A stretch of DNA of 64,000 nt from the NCBI RefSeq assembly GCF_006345805.1, contig NC_043008.1:558001-622000 (forward strand), written 5' to 3'. The notes beneath the pieces are model-generated. The model was given only the letters and a program-made list of their open reading frames with translations. It was not told the DNA's origin and did not search any database. The position numbers were made by a program, and so were the translations under genes. Source of the stretch: Octopus sinensis (Eukaryota). This document shows, piece by piece, positions 39,918-54,322 of the stretch (positions are counted from its first letter, which is position 1; every line of letters begins with the position of its first letter).

Positions 39918-41026
39918 CATACATACATACATACATACATACATACATTCATACAAATTAGATAATAAGGATAGAAATTGATATTAATCAATTAAAACCA
40001 GTGGCTTAGTATATTTTAAAAAATCCGACGATTAAAATTGTAATACCTAAAAATTAAGAAGAATGACAACCAAAGTGGATTTCTAATATGCTAAAGATAT
40101 GCTTAATTTGTATACATATACATATGTGTGTGTGTGTGTGTGTTTAATTAGTTGAATTCTTATAACGAAACTAATTTCTGAATAACAAGAATAACGGCAA
40201 AACGCCTTATCAGCTGACTTAGGATAACAAACAACGGTGAAGTATTATTACGTGTCCGTCATTAGAAAATTCCTGCTTTGTTGTACCATTCCACTCACAG
40301 CTTGTATTTGCTATGAGTAGCTTAGTTGGTCTCACCCCCCCCCCCAAAAAAAAAACCCACAGTTTTTTTAGATTACTAATAAGACATTTAGTAACACACA
40401 TTCAGGCGCATCCATGATTAAAGTAGCTGTGATAATTTATAATCTGGGTAAATAAGCTGTAGATTTTCGAAGCGATTGTCTGCAAATATTCACTTCGTCG
40501 CTGATTTGTAAGAAATGCTTACATCTCCAGAGCAACTGACCTCTTCAGATTCACACTGCCTGCAGAAAGATTCCCTAGTTTGGGTTTCTAAACACCAACA
40601 GACTATTTCAGGTTTACGTTTGAATGAAAGAAGTTACTTGTGTTGATAAAACATTACGTATTACACCCTTTGGCAATGTGGCAAGTTAGAAAAGGACTAG
40701 ATTCATTCAACAAACTGAAGTCTATAAATGATTGCTCTCTTTTCTTTCTCTCTCTCTCTTTCTCTGTCCCCATTCCTGTGATATCAGGAAAAACCTTTCA
40801 AGTTCAGCCATTATTAAATTCTATATAATATTCCATGCTTCAGGTTAAAGTCTTGAAATGAATCCTAGAGAAACGCAGATTAAAGTATATCTATATGTAC
40901 TCCACGACAGAAATGCTTCCTGTACTTGCCCGAGGCAGTGCGTTTTACGGTTGGCATTGTACGTACACACACACACACACACGCACACACACGCACACAC
41001 ACGCACACACGCACACACACGCACAC

Positions 41027-41067
<41 letters not shown>

Positions 41068-41339
41068 TGCACGCACATGCGCAAACACAATATATATCTT
41101 TTCTTGGGTCCTCAACTTTTGCTGACGTCGTAATGATATACATGTCTTCAAACCAGGCGGAGTCCAGAAATGTCTAATTCTGAAAACTGCACGTCTTTTC
41201 TAAAAAGGGTGAGAAGAAGTACTTAGTAGTAGTAGTAGTAGTAGTATCATGGGAGTTACTAAGAGGATGGGAGGTAATGTACTCTATCATCTCTCTCTAT
41301 AGCTTCTTACTCCACACCGTTTGTAGGTGTTACAATATA

Positions 41340-42470
41340 TTTTCGAATATAAAGTAAATTTTCTTTTGTATTGAAGAACTTGTAAAATCACGGAAACAGT
41401 CTGGCAATATACATTAATTCCAAACATTATTCAGAGTCGAAAATGTTACTTCATCCGTGACTCAGCTATGTTATCCGCGGCCTCCGTTATGTTGAAGTTC
41501 TTCCAAAAGTTTCAAAGCGTAGGTTAATCATCCTCGCCAACTGCGTGGTTAACATTTTTTGAAAGTTCTACTTCCAAGTTTTGCATAACTTGATCCATTG
41601 CCTTAAGCAGAGAAATTGTATTTTGTTGGATATGTCTTACTCGCATTGTTAGAAATCTCTTCAAGTGGCAGAGTGCATTGTCTAAAAAGAGCACAGCCTT
41701 GTTGGAATTATGTTTGGCGCGGTGCCTTCCTGTAGTAGGACACACAATGTTTGTAAGCCCTCTTTGAACGTCCAATCAGAGATAAATTATACAGTGCATG
41801 AATCTCTCAAATGCTCTGGGATTTTCAGTGAACTGCACGAGAAGGGGCTTTAATTTCATTTCGCCAGCGGTATTTCTTCATAGAAGAATCGTCAGAGGAA
41901 TTTTGAATATTTCATTTGATGGTGTTGATTTTTCTTCTCGACAAATAAAAGTTCTTGTTTCCAGAAAAGCGCAGTTTCACGTTATGTTCTTGCTCTAATA
42001 TGCAGCCCCGACTCTTTAACCCCTTTCTGTTTCATTCCCTTGGGATAATTAGTAATAGCCTCTGTATCAGCGCTAGTAGCATCACCAGTCATTTTCAGGC
42101 TGAGAAAATACAAGCGTTCCTTACATCTTTCAAACTAGGCTTACCGGCCATATCACTTTGAAAACACCGGCTCTCGTCCGATCACCGAAGTTAAACAAAG
42201 TCGAGCCTAGTTAGTACTTAGATGGCTGACCGCTTGGGAAACCTAGGTGCTATAAACGTCTTTCTCAAGGCGGTGCCCCAGCATGGCTACACTCTAATGA
42301 CTGAAACAAGTAAAAAAGAAACAAAAAGAAAGTCAAGAAGGTGTCTTCATTAGAAGTTTAATTTTTCTTTGAGTGCAAATCGTCATGCAAACTTTTGATT
42401 GTTATTTTAATTACCATCGTGCTTAACAACACATTACGTCACATCTGACATAAATCTCTGTAATGACGAA
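41340..42470 (-). mobile_element. pogo/Tigger transposase relic, split by a 5S SINE
   Basis: Motifs KAVLFLDNALCH, NTISLLKAMDQ, NTAGEMKLKPLLV..ENPRA, ASADTEA, FERCK and LSTMVIK..KSLHDDL, with stops and frameshifts. Confidence 0.8.
42139..42330 (+). mobile_element. 5S rRNA-derived SINE (SINE3-type) or 5S-SINE chimera
   Basis: Full-length 5S-like sequence 42139-42258 (GGCCATATCACTTTGAAAACACCGG..CGATCACCGAAGTTAA..TTAGTACTTAGATGGCTGACCGCTTGGGAA) fused to the family B tail. Confidence 0.85.
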
Positions 42471-42619
42471 GTTACGGATCGCATCCTGAAATTAGCGACC
42501 ATACTTTTACAATTTCTGTAAGTGCTTGATCGCATAATCGGAGGTGGTGGTAACGCAGTTATTGCTTGTACTTAGAAAATATTTTTTTCCTTAGAAAATT
42601 ACTATTTGTAAATCTAACA

Positions 42620-42940
42620 ACGAGATTTTAGCAGGAACAGGAATTTGGCAGCGCCACCTCTAGCCGAACAATTATTCTGTGCTGATGAAGGGAAATAACC
42701 CGGGAATCACGATATACAGATATTGTTTTGAGATGAGATGAGGTGCTAGATTCCCTTGTTCGAAAATATAAGGACACAGATCGTGTCGCATAGCCAGCTG
42801 GAGACGATGTCTCCTGGGGCTAAATTACAGCAACATTCGTCCTAAACCAGGACTGCCATGTTATGTTGGTAAACAATCTTTACTCCGAATTTTTTTGTTG
42901 AATACTTGCTAACGCTCCAAGGGACGCACATTAGTTTTAA
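42620..42940 (+). mobile_element. Diverged single-unit relative of the 18-kb retrozyme, with decayed canonical HHR
   Basis: Shares GAACAG..AGCG.CACCT, CCCTTGTTCGAA..TATA.GGA.ACAG and CGATG..CTC.TGG.GCTAA. HHR: TCTGTG CTGATGA A GGG AAATAA CCC GGGAA TCACGA TA TACAGA (42676-42720). Confidence 0.7.
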
Positions 42941-43211
42941 ATAGTGCTCTGTTTCTTTCGTTCTAACCAAAAGCAATCATTTACCCTCAAGTAATGTTTT
43001 TCCCCCCTTTCAAAATCTCGTACGTCCGGTTGCTATATTTGAGGGCAGACTTTAGGAATGCTGGATGATAAGTGGCATCAGCACACACATTCTCTGCAGG
43101 ACCATGCTAAGAAAAACGCAAACACTTTATCTGGGTACGCCCAGCACCTTTGGGTCATGAACATCCACTATGTTTTGTAAAGGAACATATTAGTTAAATC
43201 AAAATCTTATA

Positions 43212-43239
43212 TCTTTACATATATAAAACTGAGAATGTG

Positions 43240-43282
<43 letters not shown>

Positions 43283-44403
43283 CTGTCTGTCTGTCTGTGT
43301 GCTTCCCTAAAACTTGAGAACTACACAACCAATTTCCTTCAAATTTTACACAAGCCTTACTTAGGGTCCGGGGAGTGTCATCGGCAAAATTTTTTTAATT
43401 TTTTGCCTAGGGCGAGCCCACAGCAATATCATATCTTCTCCACTACGATTCCCTAAAACTTGAGAACTACACAACCAATTCCATTCAAATTTTACACATG
43501 CCTTACTTAGGGTCCATGTAGTTTCATGGGCAAAAAAAAATGTTCAACTTCTTGCCTAGAGCGAGCCCATAGCAATATCATATCTTCTCCACTATTTCAC
43601 GTGTTAAAAGTGAAACAAAAACGTTTCTCTATTTTATGTCAGATACTTTCACTTTAACATTAAAAATAACAATTGAATTATATGTAGTAAGTAATAATTA
43701 AAATCAAACTAAAGTAACATGACAAAAGTAAAAATAGCAATTGGTATAAAATTGCATCAATGATTTGAACTTGAATAAGTGGTTTCACATGAATGGGAAT
43801 GAATTAAAAATAAAATTAGCGTACAGAAATGGAATAGTCCAGATGGATAATAAAAATTAAATTAAAGAAAAGACTATTGTCTATAAAGTATACACTGTAG
43901 AGAAAAAAGATTTGAACACCTGGAGGAAAGCACCACCGAAAAGTATCTTAGTGCGACTATGAAAGATATCTAAACAGAGGCGGTAAATTCGCCACAATAG
44001 AAGCAAGGTTCGAGTCAACGGAGCGTGCAAGGGAGTACTCGACTCGAACTTGCAAAGTGGAAATATTTTATTTTTACCTTTATATATGGGACGTAGGGCG
44101 TCCTGGATAAAAATTAAAAATGTCCCCCTCAAAAGTAGAGGTAGGCTGGATTGTAGCCACACTTCTATACAAGAGGGAGGACAAGATACAATTGATCGAA
44201 ATTACAAGAGACAGGCTAACAATTCCAGTCTGTTATATATTTTGAGTATTGTTATCACTAGCGATATCAAGATATAACTTTGTATTTTGTATTTTATGTG
44301 TAGATGTATATATATAGATGTACATATAATATGTACACATATATATACACATATATACATGCACTAGCACTATGACCCGGCAACGACTGGTCTTTAATGC
44401 TAG
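43212..44403 (+). mobile_element. Non-autonomous Helitron with (CTGT)n and internal duplication
   Basis: A|TC start, GACC..GGTC hairpin and CTAG|T end; CCCTAAAACTTGAGAACTACACAACCAATT occurs twice. Confidence 0.78.
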
Positions 44404-45117
44404 TAGGAAATAAAAGACAAAAAGCCAAGCCACCGCTCAAGTAAATGAAATCGTGTTCGGCAATTAGCTAAAGTTTAACAAGAATTGAGAATTTAGAGAC
44501 AATTACATCTTATCACTGTATATAATATCCCGAACTTATTTGTACTTTCGGCCGATTCTTGGATGGTTAATATTATTTTTATGGCGTTGATGAACTTGTG
44601 GTGTTACACATTGGCTTCAAATTTTGGCAGAAGGCCAGCAATTTCGGTGAAGGGAATAAGTCTATTACATCGTCTCTAGTGCGCAACTGGTACTTATTCT
44701 ATCGACGCCGAAAGGATGGAAGGCAAAGTCGAACCCTGCAGAATTTGAACTATGAACGTAAAGCCGGACGAGAAGCCGTGAAGCATTTTTTCTGGCGTGC
44801 TAACGATTCCTCCAGCTCGCTACCTTCTTGTGGCATTACGTACCACACTAAACGCACCACCAACGATATATACACAATATTTTGAATAGTAAAACTAGAC
44901 TTATCCAAAAGCTAGACACATTTAATAAGTATAATTTTTATTTTTTTTTATTCTTTGTTTTGTATTTTTATTCTTTTGCACCAGTTTCGGTCGTTGGCAT
45001 TCGGTCATTTTTAATCTCTGCTAAACCTTTTGCATAAGCAGATAAATCATACTTTTCCTGTCTGACTTAAACTGTAACGTAATATAATTTTATTTGAAGC
45101 ACTTTAGGAATTAATTA

Positions 45118-45314
45118 CTCTCTCTTTACTCTTTTACTCTTTTACTTGTTTCAGTCATATGACTGTGGCCATGCTGGAGCACCACCTTTAGTCGAGCAAT
45201 TCATTCTTTGTAAGTCTAGTACTTATTCCATCGGTCTCTTTTGCCGAACTGCTAAGTTACGGGGACACAAATACACCAGCATTGGTTATCAAGCAATGTT
45301 AGGGGACAAACACA

Positions 45315-45403
<89 letters not shown>

Positions 45404-45545
45404 TACGACGAGTTTCTTTCAGTTTCCGTCTACCAAATCCACTCACAAGGCTTTGGTCAACCCGGGGCTATAGTAGAAGACACTTGCCCAAGGTGTTACG
45501 CAGTAGGACTGAACCCGGAACCATGTAGTTGGTATGCAAGCCACT
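45118..45545 (-). mobile_element. SINE family B
   Basis: Reverse complement of family B, with a (CTCTTTTA)n tail. Confidence 0.9.
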
Positions 45546-45675
45546 CAATTTCCTTATTATTACTTGTTAATTACGTAACCATTAGTAATGTAATTATAAT
45601 TCTTCTGAATATCTTATACGACAAATACTTTTTGTAGTACCTACTAATTTAGTAATCATTATTTGGTGTAATATT

Positions 45676-46012
45676 AAGGCGGCGAGCTGGCAGAAACGTT
45701 AGCACGCCGGGCGAAATGCTTTGCAGTATTTCGTCTAACGCTACGTTCTGAGTTCAAATGCCGCCGAATTCGACTTTGCCTTTCATCCTTTCGGGGTCGA
45801 TTAAATAGTACCAGTTACGCACTGGAGTCGATCTAATCGACTTAATCCGTGTGTCTGTCCTTGTTTGTCCTCTATGTGTTTAGCCCCTTGTAGGTAGTAA
45901 AGAAATAGAAATAGGTATTTCGCCCGTCGCTACGTTCTGAGTTCAAATTCCACCGAGGTCGACTTTGCCTATCATCATTTCGGGGTCGATAAATTAAGTA
46001 CCAATTAAGTAC
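45676..46012 (+). mobile_element. SINE family A dimer, 3' truncated
   Basis: Two family A cores joined by the linker. Confidence 0.88.
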
Positions 46013-46639
46013 CAATAATTACATCTTCAAGTATAGAAAATTAATAAACGAACATTGATGTAATATAAAATGTGGTCACGAAAGTTTTATTTTTTATTCG
46101 AATGATTATTCCTAATATACTATTTCACTCGAACACGGTTTATCCCTTTCTGTAGTGACAGGATTACACTTCTTCACATGTGAGCTTTGTTTTAAATAAT
46201 GTAAGGACTAAATACTTTTTATTAAAGAAGGCCCTAATTAGTAAGCATTTACTAGTCATTTTTAGACATAAATTTCTAACATTCCACGATAAACATAGGC
46301 TCGATATTGTACAAAATTCGTTTGTTAACAAAAACAACCTTCTATTTTCAACAAGTCATGCATATTTTGACTGTTCCACTTATACATTATATCTGTAACG
46401 TGTGCGTTCGTTGATTGATTTCTTTTTCTGAAAATTCTAGCATATCCAGATTGTCATCTTATTCGCAAAATCAAATGCTCCAAATATTATTGGTATAAAT
46501 GTGAATTTATAATCTGGGAATAGAAGCTGGTGTGTGCAATAAAATAGTCCGTAGTTACTCTCTTTCTCTTTGGTTTCCGATATTCACATTAGCAAGGCAG
46601 CCGATCTCTACAACAATTTGTTCCGCTAAACCCTTCAGA

Positions 46640-47700
46640 TCGGTACACCAGTAGGACAGCATTCCTTCTTTTCCCCCATTCATTCTTCTCATTCAACAAC
46701 CCTTCATAATACCTCCTTCTTTTCGCTGTCAGTGAGCCGATATCATTTCGTGCACACTTGTCTCAAATAACCTCTCGATTTTCTCACCTACACTTGATGC
46801 GATATACTTCTCGTTTGCTCTCCTCACCTTACAGAACATAGCTATATCCCTTATATTCAGTTTCTCGTTTTACTAAGCACACGTAACGCTTAAATTTTCT
46901 ATTAGTTACTTTCAAATTACCATTCTCTTTGCGCCCTCCATTCTTTCCAAGCTTGCTCCTTAACATTTCGGCGTCTATTCATTGTTCTGTTGCCTCACCG
47001 CTTCACATTCAGTTTGGCCACGAGCTTACACCAGCCCTGCGTTTGGTTTGTTCTCCTCAGGATGTTGTCACGCAAGAACCTTCAATTACATTCTAAGACT
47101 CTATCTCCTCCTCCTTCTTCTTGTTCATATATGTCAGTCAACATCTTGCTGTAGATTTGGCTGATTGCTGAGTCTTTCAACTTCCATGGGCCCTTCCCGA
47201 TTACCCTTGAGTCCATACAGCTGTATATTAAAATCACTATTGTTGTACGGTATGTTCTTTACTTAGGAAGGACTTAGCATTCATAACGATCTCTCTATGC
47301 CATCTTCTGATGAATATGAACATATTCTAAATTCTTTGTATATCTGATTCATCGTTGATTTGGCATCCTTTGTTTATCTGATTCAGCGGTGCATCGCAGA
47401 ACCCAAAGAACGGTCATCCCTTTGTGCATCGCAGAACCCAAAGAACGGTCATCCCTTTGTGCATCGCAGAACCCCAGGAACGGTCATCCCTTTCTACCAT
47501 GTCATTCTTTCTACCATGTCGTTTGACTCCATGTACACCTGAGAAATCCTCATGGCCTTATACAAAGTGTTCATTAAAATTGTCCGCTGCGCTGTTGAGG
47601 TCGTTGAAGAGGCAGTCTCAAATATGGTCCTTGGGACAGTTTGCTTTCGCTCAGTGTGGTGCATATTCACAGCCAAGTGTTGACGATTCCGATGTTGATA
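46640..47700 (-). mobile_element. RTE-clade LINE relic (APE endonuclease and linker)
   Basis: Minus-strand frames give YAPH, FSGVHG, FCDA, WKLKDS, FLRDNILR.T.Q..GWCK, QAWKEW and YYEGLLNEKNEW. A 35-bp triplication lies at 47389-47493. Confidence 0.75.
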
Positions 47701-47929
47701 TCAACCTTGAAGGGGTTAACTTTAAAAGAAAATGGATGAGTAGGGCCTTCTGTGCACCTCACAAAAATAAGGAAGCGCGTGCCATTGAGTAGTAGTCATC
47801 AGAGGGCTCTTGTGTATGGTTAGCTGTGTTTACCATTAGCTGACGCTCAACAATCTCCTACACAGTATGACGTTATTATGAACAACATAAACCCGTTCCA
47901 CGTCAATTGTACAAATATTGATATAGGTG

Positions 47930-47973
<44 letters not shown>

Positions 47974-47978
47974 ACACA

Positions 47979-48023
<45 letters not shown>

Positions 48024-48404
48024 GCAAACACATACATACACACGCACAGAATACGAATTGCTATGAGTCTTCTTCTTTATATTTATTTCACTCTTTCTAG
48101 GAAAAAGGAACTGGATTTCGGCAAAGAAGCAAAAACTCTGTCATTAGAATTTTGGATGAAAACAGCAATAATTGTTACATATCGAACCTTCGGCAACGGT
48201 AAATGAAGGGTTTTGCTCAAGAACAGAACGTAGCACTCTATCCGGAAATCGAACTCTCGTGATCTTGAGTGCAACACCGTAAGAACTTGACTAAGTGCCT
48301 CCATCCATCCATGCATCCATCCATGCATGCATGCATGCATCCATCCATCCGCTCAGGCATACATACGTAGTGCCTGCGTTCATTTGTAAATACATACGTG
48401 CATG

Positions 48405-48977
48405 CGTACATACATACATACATACATACATACATACATAATACATAAATACATAAATACATACATACATACATACATATATACATATATACACACACAT
48501 GCATACAAACATTCATACATACATACTTGCATACATACATACATACATACATACATACATACATACATACATAGAAACATACCATACATACATACACATA
48601 TACATACATACAAACATACATACATATATACATACGCATACATACAAACATACATACATGCATACGTACATATATCCAAACATACATACATACATACATA
48701 CATACATACATACATACATACATACTACATACCAACATACAAACATACATACATACATACACACATATATACACACACATTCATACACACATACATACAT
48801 ACATAAATACATACATACATACATACATACAAACATACATACACACACATTCATACATACATACATACATACATACATACATACATTCATACACACATTC
48901 ATACATACATACATACATACATACATACATACATACATACATACATACATACATACATACATACATACATACATACA
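48405..48977. repeat. (CATA)n microsatellite
   Basis: Seen directly. Confidence 0.95.
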
Positions 48978-50213
48978 GGTAGTTTTGCAGACAAAAACAA
49001 TAAGGCTTGATATATACATTTACAAGGACGAAAGAAAACAAAGAACAAAAACAGAAAGTAAAAATGTATATATAAAAATTACGTAAATCTCTTGTATAAT
49101 GTGACATTATACCTTATATATTTTATTATTTCACATAACGTATTACGTCATATGATACCATATATGATATCATATTATGTGATATCATATATGATATTAT
49201 AATACCTATACTTAAATGTATTATATCACATATTACATTATAATAAATTACGATGTATTAAGTTAGATTTCATTTCAGTTTGTTGCATTTTATTATTATA
49301 TAATTTCTGTTACATTATAAAATATCAATATAATATAATGTAATACTATATTACATCATATTATAGTATAGCATAGTATAACGTACTATACTATACTGTA
49401 CTATACTTATACTATACTGCATTATATTATTCCCTTCATGACATTTTCACAAATAAATATATTCACTTGACACGCCCTATTTACTTTCTAAGGGAGGCTA
49501 CTCACAATTTTTACCTTAAATTAAATGGAAATTACTTCCCTTATCTATTTACATGGCGTAATTAAGACGCTTCAGAGTTATATCCCCTACTCATCACTGT
49601 AACACCAGAAGGCTTTTATTTATTTCCTTTTATTTTCTAAGAATATTGTTACTCAGACAGATACAATACTCGCTGCTAATTTCTTAACTAAGCGTCAAGT
49701 ATTTTACTGATTGACCATTTATTTTGAATAGGTTATATTTTTCAGCTCTGAATAGAATCAAATGTAACCTAGCGTTGAACACTACATCCAATGCGATTCG
49801 AAAACTGATGACAGTTATCCATTTTTTTCCCAATCTATTGTGAAACAGCTAAAGTAGGCCGTTATATGAACTATATGCATACATACATACATACATACAT
49901 ACATACGTACATACATACATACATACATACATACGTACATACATACATACATACATACATACATACATACATACATACATACGTATATACATACATACAC
50001 ACACATACATATATACATATGTATGTATCTATGTGTGTATATAAAACATTCAGGGTGAATACTTGATAACTGTAAGCACCTGTATATGCCAGTTAGTGTT
50101 GTAGGTGATAGGGTATATTTATCAAAAGAAAAACAGGATGCAAAGGATTTAGCGGTACATATGTTTCTGGCTTTATTAGACGGTTTATATCAATGCATAA
50201 TTGATGTAATATG

Positions 50214-50272
<59 letters not shown>

Positions 50273-50559
50273 CATATACATATGTATTGTTTGCATTCGT
50301 AATAGTATACCATGTTCTCTGTTTTTTGTTGTTTTTCTTTGTCTTTGTTGCCGTACACATTCACTGGCTATCTAAACTAAGGAGTCTAAGTTGAAGAGCG
50401 TAGGCTCCAAGCGTAAAAGACTTTCTCACTTCCCGATCGTTGAACTAATACATCTTTTTGATGCTTACATACACGTCTTCGTCTTTTGTGTTTTTTTGTA
50501 AACTATCACTATATACATATACATACGCACACACACACACACACACATGTATGTATGTA

Positions 50560-50595
<36 letters not shown>

Positions 50596-50639
50596 TGTAT
50601 GTATGTATGTATGTATGTATGTATGTATGTATGTGTGTA

Positions 50640-50706
<67 letters not shown>

Positions 50707-51900
50707 ATGTGTGTGTAAACTATACAGGTTGCACGTATTATTTCGTAGCTTGATACGACGTGGTTTGGGATCCCCGTTGACAGGCTCAAAATATTCAAAA
50801 TAAATTTTAAATAAAATGTAGTATGCAAAATAGTAGCCCCTGGATTTTGATGACAACCTTATAAGCCATGAAAATCGATTTAGCGAGACGAAATGATCTG
50901 TGAAAAGAAACGAAATCCTCTCCAGCAGCTACATATATCTCTGTCAATTCATCTATATATAAGGCTGTCCAAAAGTCACTTGACAGTAAATCAAAACCAC
51001 TTAATTCCAATATTTATTTATCTTTAACAATTGAATGAATTTAATAAAAGCATCTAAATATGAAACATCATAAAAATCGTTCAAACTGAAGTCCTTCTTG
51101 AGAGACACATTTTTTCCATTCAAGTCAATACAGAATTACAGAGAGTATTTATGGAATTTTGATTTACAGTCGGATGATTTTAGGCCATCCCTGTATATAC
51201 ACACAGAAACGCACTCACATATACACAAAAATATGTATATTTGTTCATAAATACAACACAAATGTACACAAGTGTTTGCATGAATCTATGCAGATACGTA
51301 TGTTTGCATGGATGTACGCCAGCATCTATGACCGTATGAAGGATGAATATAATTGCTTTACATTTCTCTATTCTGCAAACCGTACAACACAAGTTTTAGC
51401 ATTTCAGCTTTTCACAAGAATGGCTAATGTCGTAAGAATTTAAAAAGGTACGAACCGAAAATCGAAGCTATTTCTCAGAGTGACTTACAGCAACTTTATT
51501 ATTCCTTTTTGAAGATATCGTTTTGTAATAACAGCGACATCAGATCCTGAACATGTTACGAAAGAAAGAAAAATAGTAACGAAAACTTGATAGTTGTGTG
51601 AAAGAGTTTTTTTTTATATCTATTGTCGTTCACTTGCTTCCGTCATCAAGTTGCGGCCATGCTAGGGCATCCGAACAAAGCTACGCAAAAAATTATATTT
51701 TAAAGCTGGTAATTATTCTGTCGGGTTCACTTACCGAACCGCTAGTTCACAGTGGGCGTAAACTTTACACTGATCGCGAGCTGGCGTAAAGAAACCAACA
51801 GCGGATGCCAAGCGGTGGAAGGGGTCAAATATAACACAAACACAAAGACATACAATCACGTACACACGCATCACTCCTTCCTTACACACACACACACACA

Positions 51901-51948
<48 letters not shown>

Positions 51949-52537
51949 TATAAATTGATAAATAAGAACATTGGAGTTTTCTAATTAGCTCAGTCGTTAG
52001 ATAATCGTGAGAAATTTTGTTGATATTCGTTTCTGTGTTCCTGAGTTGAAATGCCGCCGAACGCATATCTTCCCACCTATTTGATAGTATAAATAAAGTA
52101 CCACTGAAGTACATTGATCCACAGCATTCCCCCCACCCCACTTTCCTATCATATTTTGCCATTCTCTCCATATTGACTATAGATGATAGCGAGATACCTT
52201 AGAAAAAGCACAAAGAATGCACGAATAATATCAACGAGAACCATTCTTCTTTCCAGCAGGCGTTTCAAAACTTGCGCCTAGATTCCGATAAGATGCAAAG
52301 CGTGATTTGTCAATATCAAAGCGCAAGGAAAAAAGTTTTAATGTGAAAAAAATCTATGATATAATAAAAAGAAATTACTGCGAAAATCGCTATGAAAATA
52401 TTTGAATATTAAATAATATTATATTTCAATTAAAGTTAATCCAAACATGAAAATACAAGGAGAAAACACAACAACGCGAGGACGTGGAACAAGTAAAGTG
52501 TTTATTGGACGCTCAGGAAAGGAGAGAAAGAAGGAGG

Positions 52538-52576
52538 GTTTAACGTTTCGAGCGGAGGGAGCTCTTCGTCAGAAAC
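52538..52576 (-). ncRNA. Minimal type I hammerhead ribozyme (Penelope-type)
   Basis: Minus strand: GTTT CTGACGA A GAGC TCCCTCC GCTC GAAA CG TT AAAC; palindromic stem III. Confidence 0.7.
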
Positions 52577-52834
52577 ATAGGGAAAGGAAAGATCCAAAGA
52601 AGGGAAAAACATCGCCAACGGTCACATTTTGAATGACCGGAAGTGAATGGGTGAAGAAAAAGTTAAGTTAGGCATGCAGGAGAAATTTTAAAGCAGTTCA
52701 GTCTTTTAGTCTCAAGGGAAATAACTCCCTATATTAGTTATCTCCCTTGTATATTATCTTGCTCATTATTATTATTTATTTTTATTCTCATATTTAAAAA
52801 GTTATTTGTGTGAATAGGTGGATATATATCGTTT

Positions 52835-53072
52835 ACCTTTTATCTTTCAGTCATTTCACTCCGGCCATGCTAGAGCATCGCCTTTTAGTGTTTTTAGACC
52901 AACAAATTGACCTTCTAATTATTCAATGACAGGTACTTATTCTATCGTACTCTTTTGCCGCTAAGCTATGAGAACGTAATCACACGGACACCGGCTGCCA
53001 AGTTGTAGTGGGGTATAAACACAGACACAAAGACGAACAGACAGACAGATATAGAGACAGACAGACAGACAG

Positions 53073-53109
<37 letters not shown>

Positions 53110-53288
53110 TATACACACACACACTTCAGGTTTCTTTCAGTTTCCGTCAACGAAATCCATTCACAATTTTATGGTCGGCCCGAGTCTATAGTAGAAGACT
53201 ATTGCCCAAGGTGCCAGGCAAAGGGACTGAACCAAGAACCATGTGCTTGGAAAGCAAGCTTCTTTCCACGCAGCCATGTCTGCGCCGA
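52835..53288 (-). mobile_element. SINE family B, diverged
   Basis: Reverse complement of family B with internal (GACA)n(CA)n. Confidence 0.82.
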
Positions 53289-53289
53289 G

Positions 53290-53344
<55 letters not shown>

Positions 53345-53373
53345 CAAACAGACAGGTAGACAGATAGACAGAC

Positions 53374-53424
<51 letters not shown>

Positions 53425-53591
53425 GAGGGAGAGAGAGAAATTAGAAGTATATCTTATGTCGAAATCTCGAAATCCATGAAAATAATTAGTGTTATGTCTT
53501 GAGTTGAAAATTTGGCACAAGGCCTGCAAATTAAAGACGGACGAAATGTCACTAAGCATTTTTGTAGTGGTAGTAGTAGTACTACTACTAC

Positions 53592-53650
<59 letters not shown>

Positions 53651-53654
53651 TAAG

Positions 53655-54322
53655 AACAAACCGCAGAGAGTGGCAGAGTTGGCGACTAGCAAAATCCTGT
53701 GGTATTTACCAATTCCAGAAGATCAGGCTCTAGAGTATAACAGACCGGACCTAGCGGTGGTTGACAAGATGCACCGCTTGTGCAATATAATTGATGTTGC
53801 ATTGCTCTTTGACCCCAAAACAGTTAAGAAGGCAGGCGAGAAAATAAATGAATACAACCCTTTTTAGTACGAAATAGCCCGGCTATGAAAAACGAAGAAC
53901 GTGAAGATAGTGCCAATTATTGTTGGATCTTTGGGAACAGTATCAGAAGGCATCAAGAGGAATATGAAGGAAATTGGAATAGAGTGCCCAGTAGAACTGT
54001 TACAATATATTTGTCTCCTTCGTTCTGAGTTCAAATTCCGCCGAAGTCAACTTTGCTTTTCATCCTTTCGGGTCGATAAATTAAGCACCAGTTGCGTACT
54101 TGGGTCGATCTAATCGACTGGCCCCCTCCCGAAAAATTTCGGGCCTTGTGCCTAGAGTAGTAAAGAATATATTTGTCACCTTGGCATGGTCAGAATAATC
54201 AAGAAAGTATCAGACAGTTTGCAGGTAGCAAACCCACTACGCATGCAAGACTCTAAGTGTTCCAACAAAACCTGTGATAGAAAGGAATAATAATAATAAT
54301 GATAATAATAATAATAATAATA
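53655..54322 (+). mobile_element. R4/Dong-type LINE 3' end (restriction-like endonuclease domain), interrupted by a SINE
   Basis: KILW..NRPDLAVVDK..CNIIDVA..EKINEY..EIARL..VKIVPIIVGSLG..LLQ..LG..RIIKKV, then a (TAA)n tail. The SINE insert has TSD AATATATTTGTC at about 54004 and 54167. Confidence 0.85.

Noticed and set aside
42139-42258. Functional 5S rRNA gene
   Set aside because: Solitary and diverged, with no clean oligo-T terminator; fused to a SINE tail and inserted in a transposon relic.
47306-47335. CTGATGA followed by a small hairpin
   Set aside because: No GAAA or cleavage triplet; lies inside the RTE relic.
49805-49856. CTGATGA...GAAACAGCTA
   Set aside because: No stem I and a weak stem II; at most a decayed remnant.
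50723-51194. Mariner-type MITE (TACAGG...CCTGTA)
   Set aside because: The terminal match is too short and imperfect to support without other copies.
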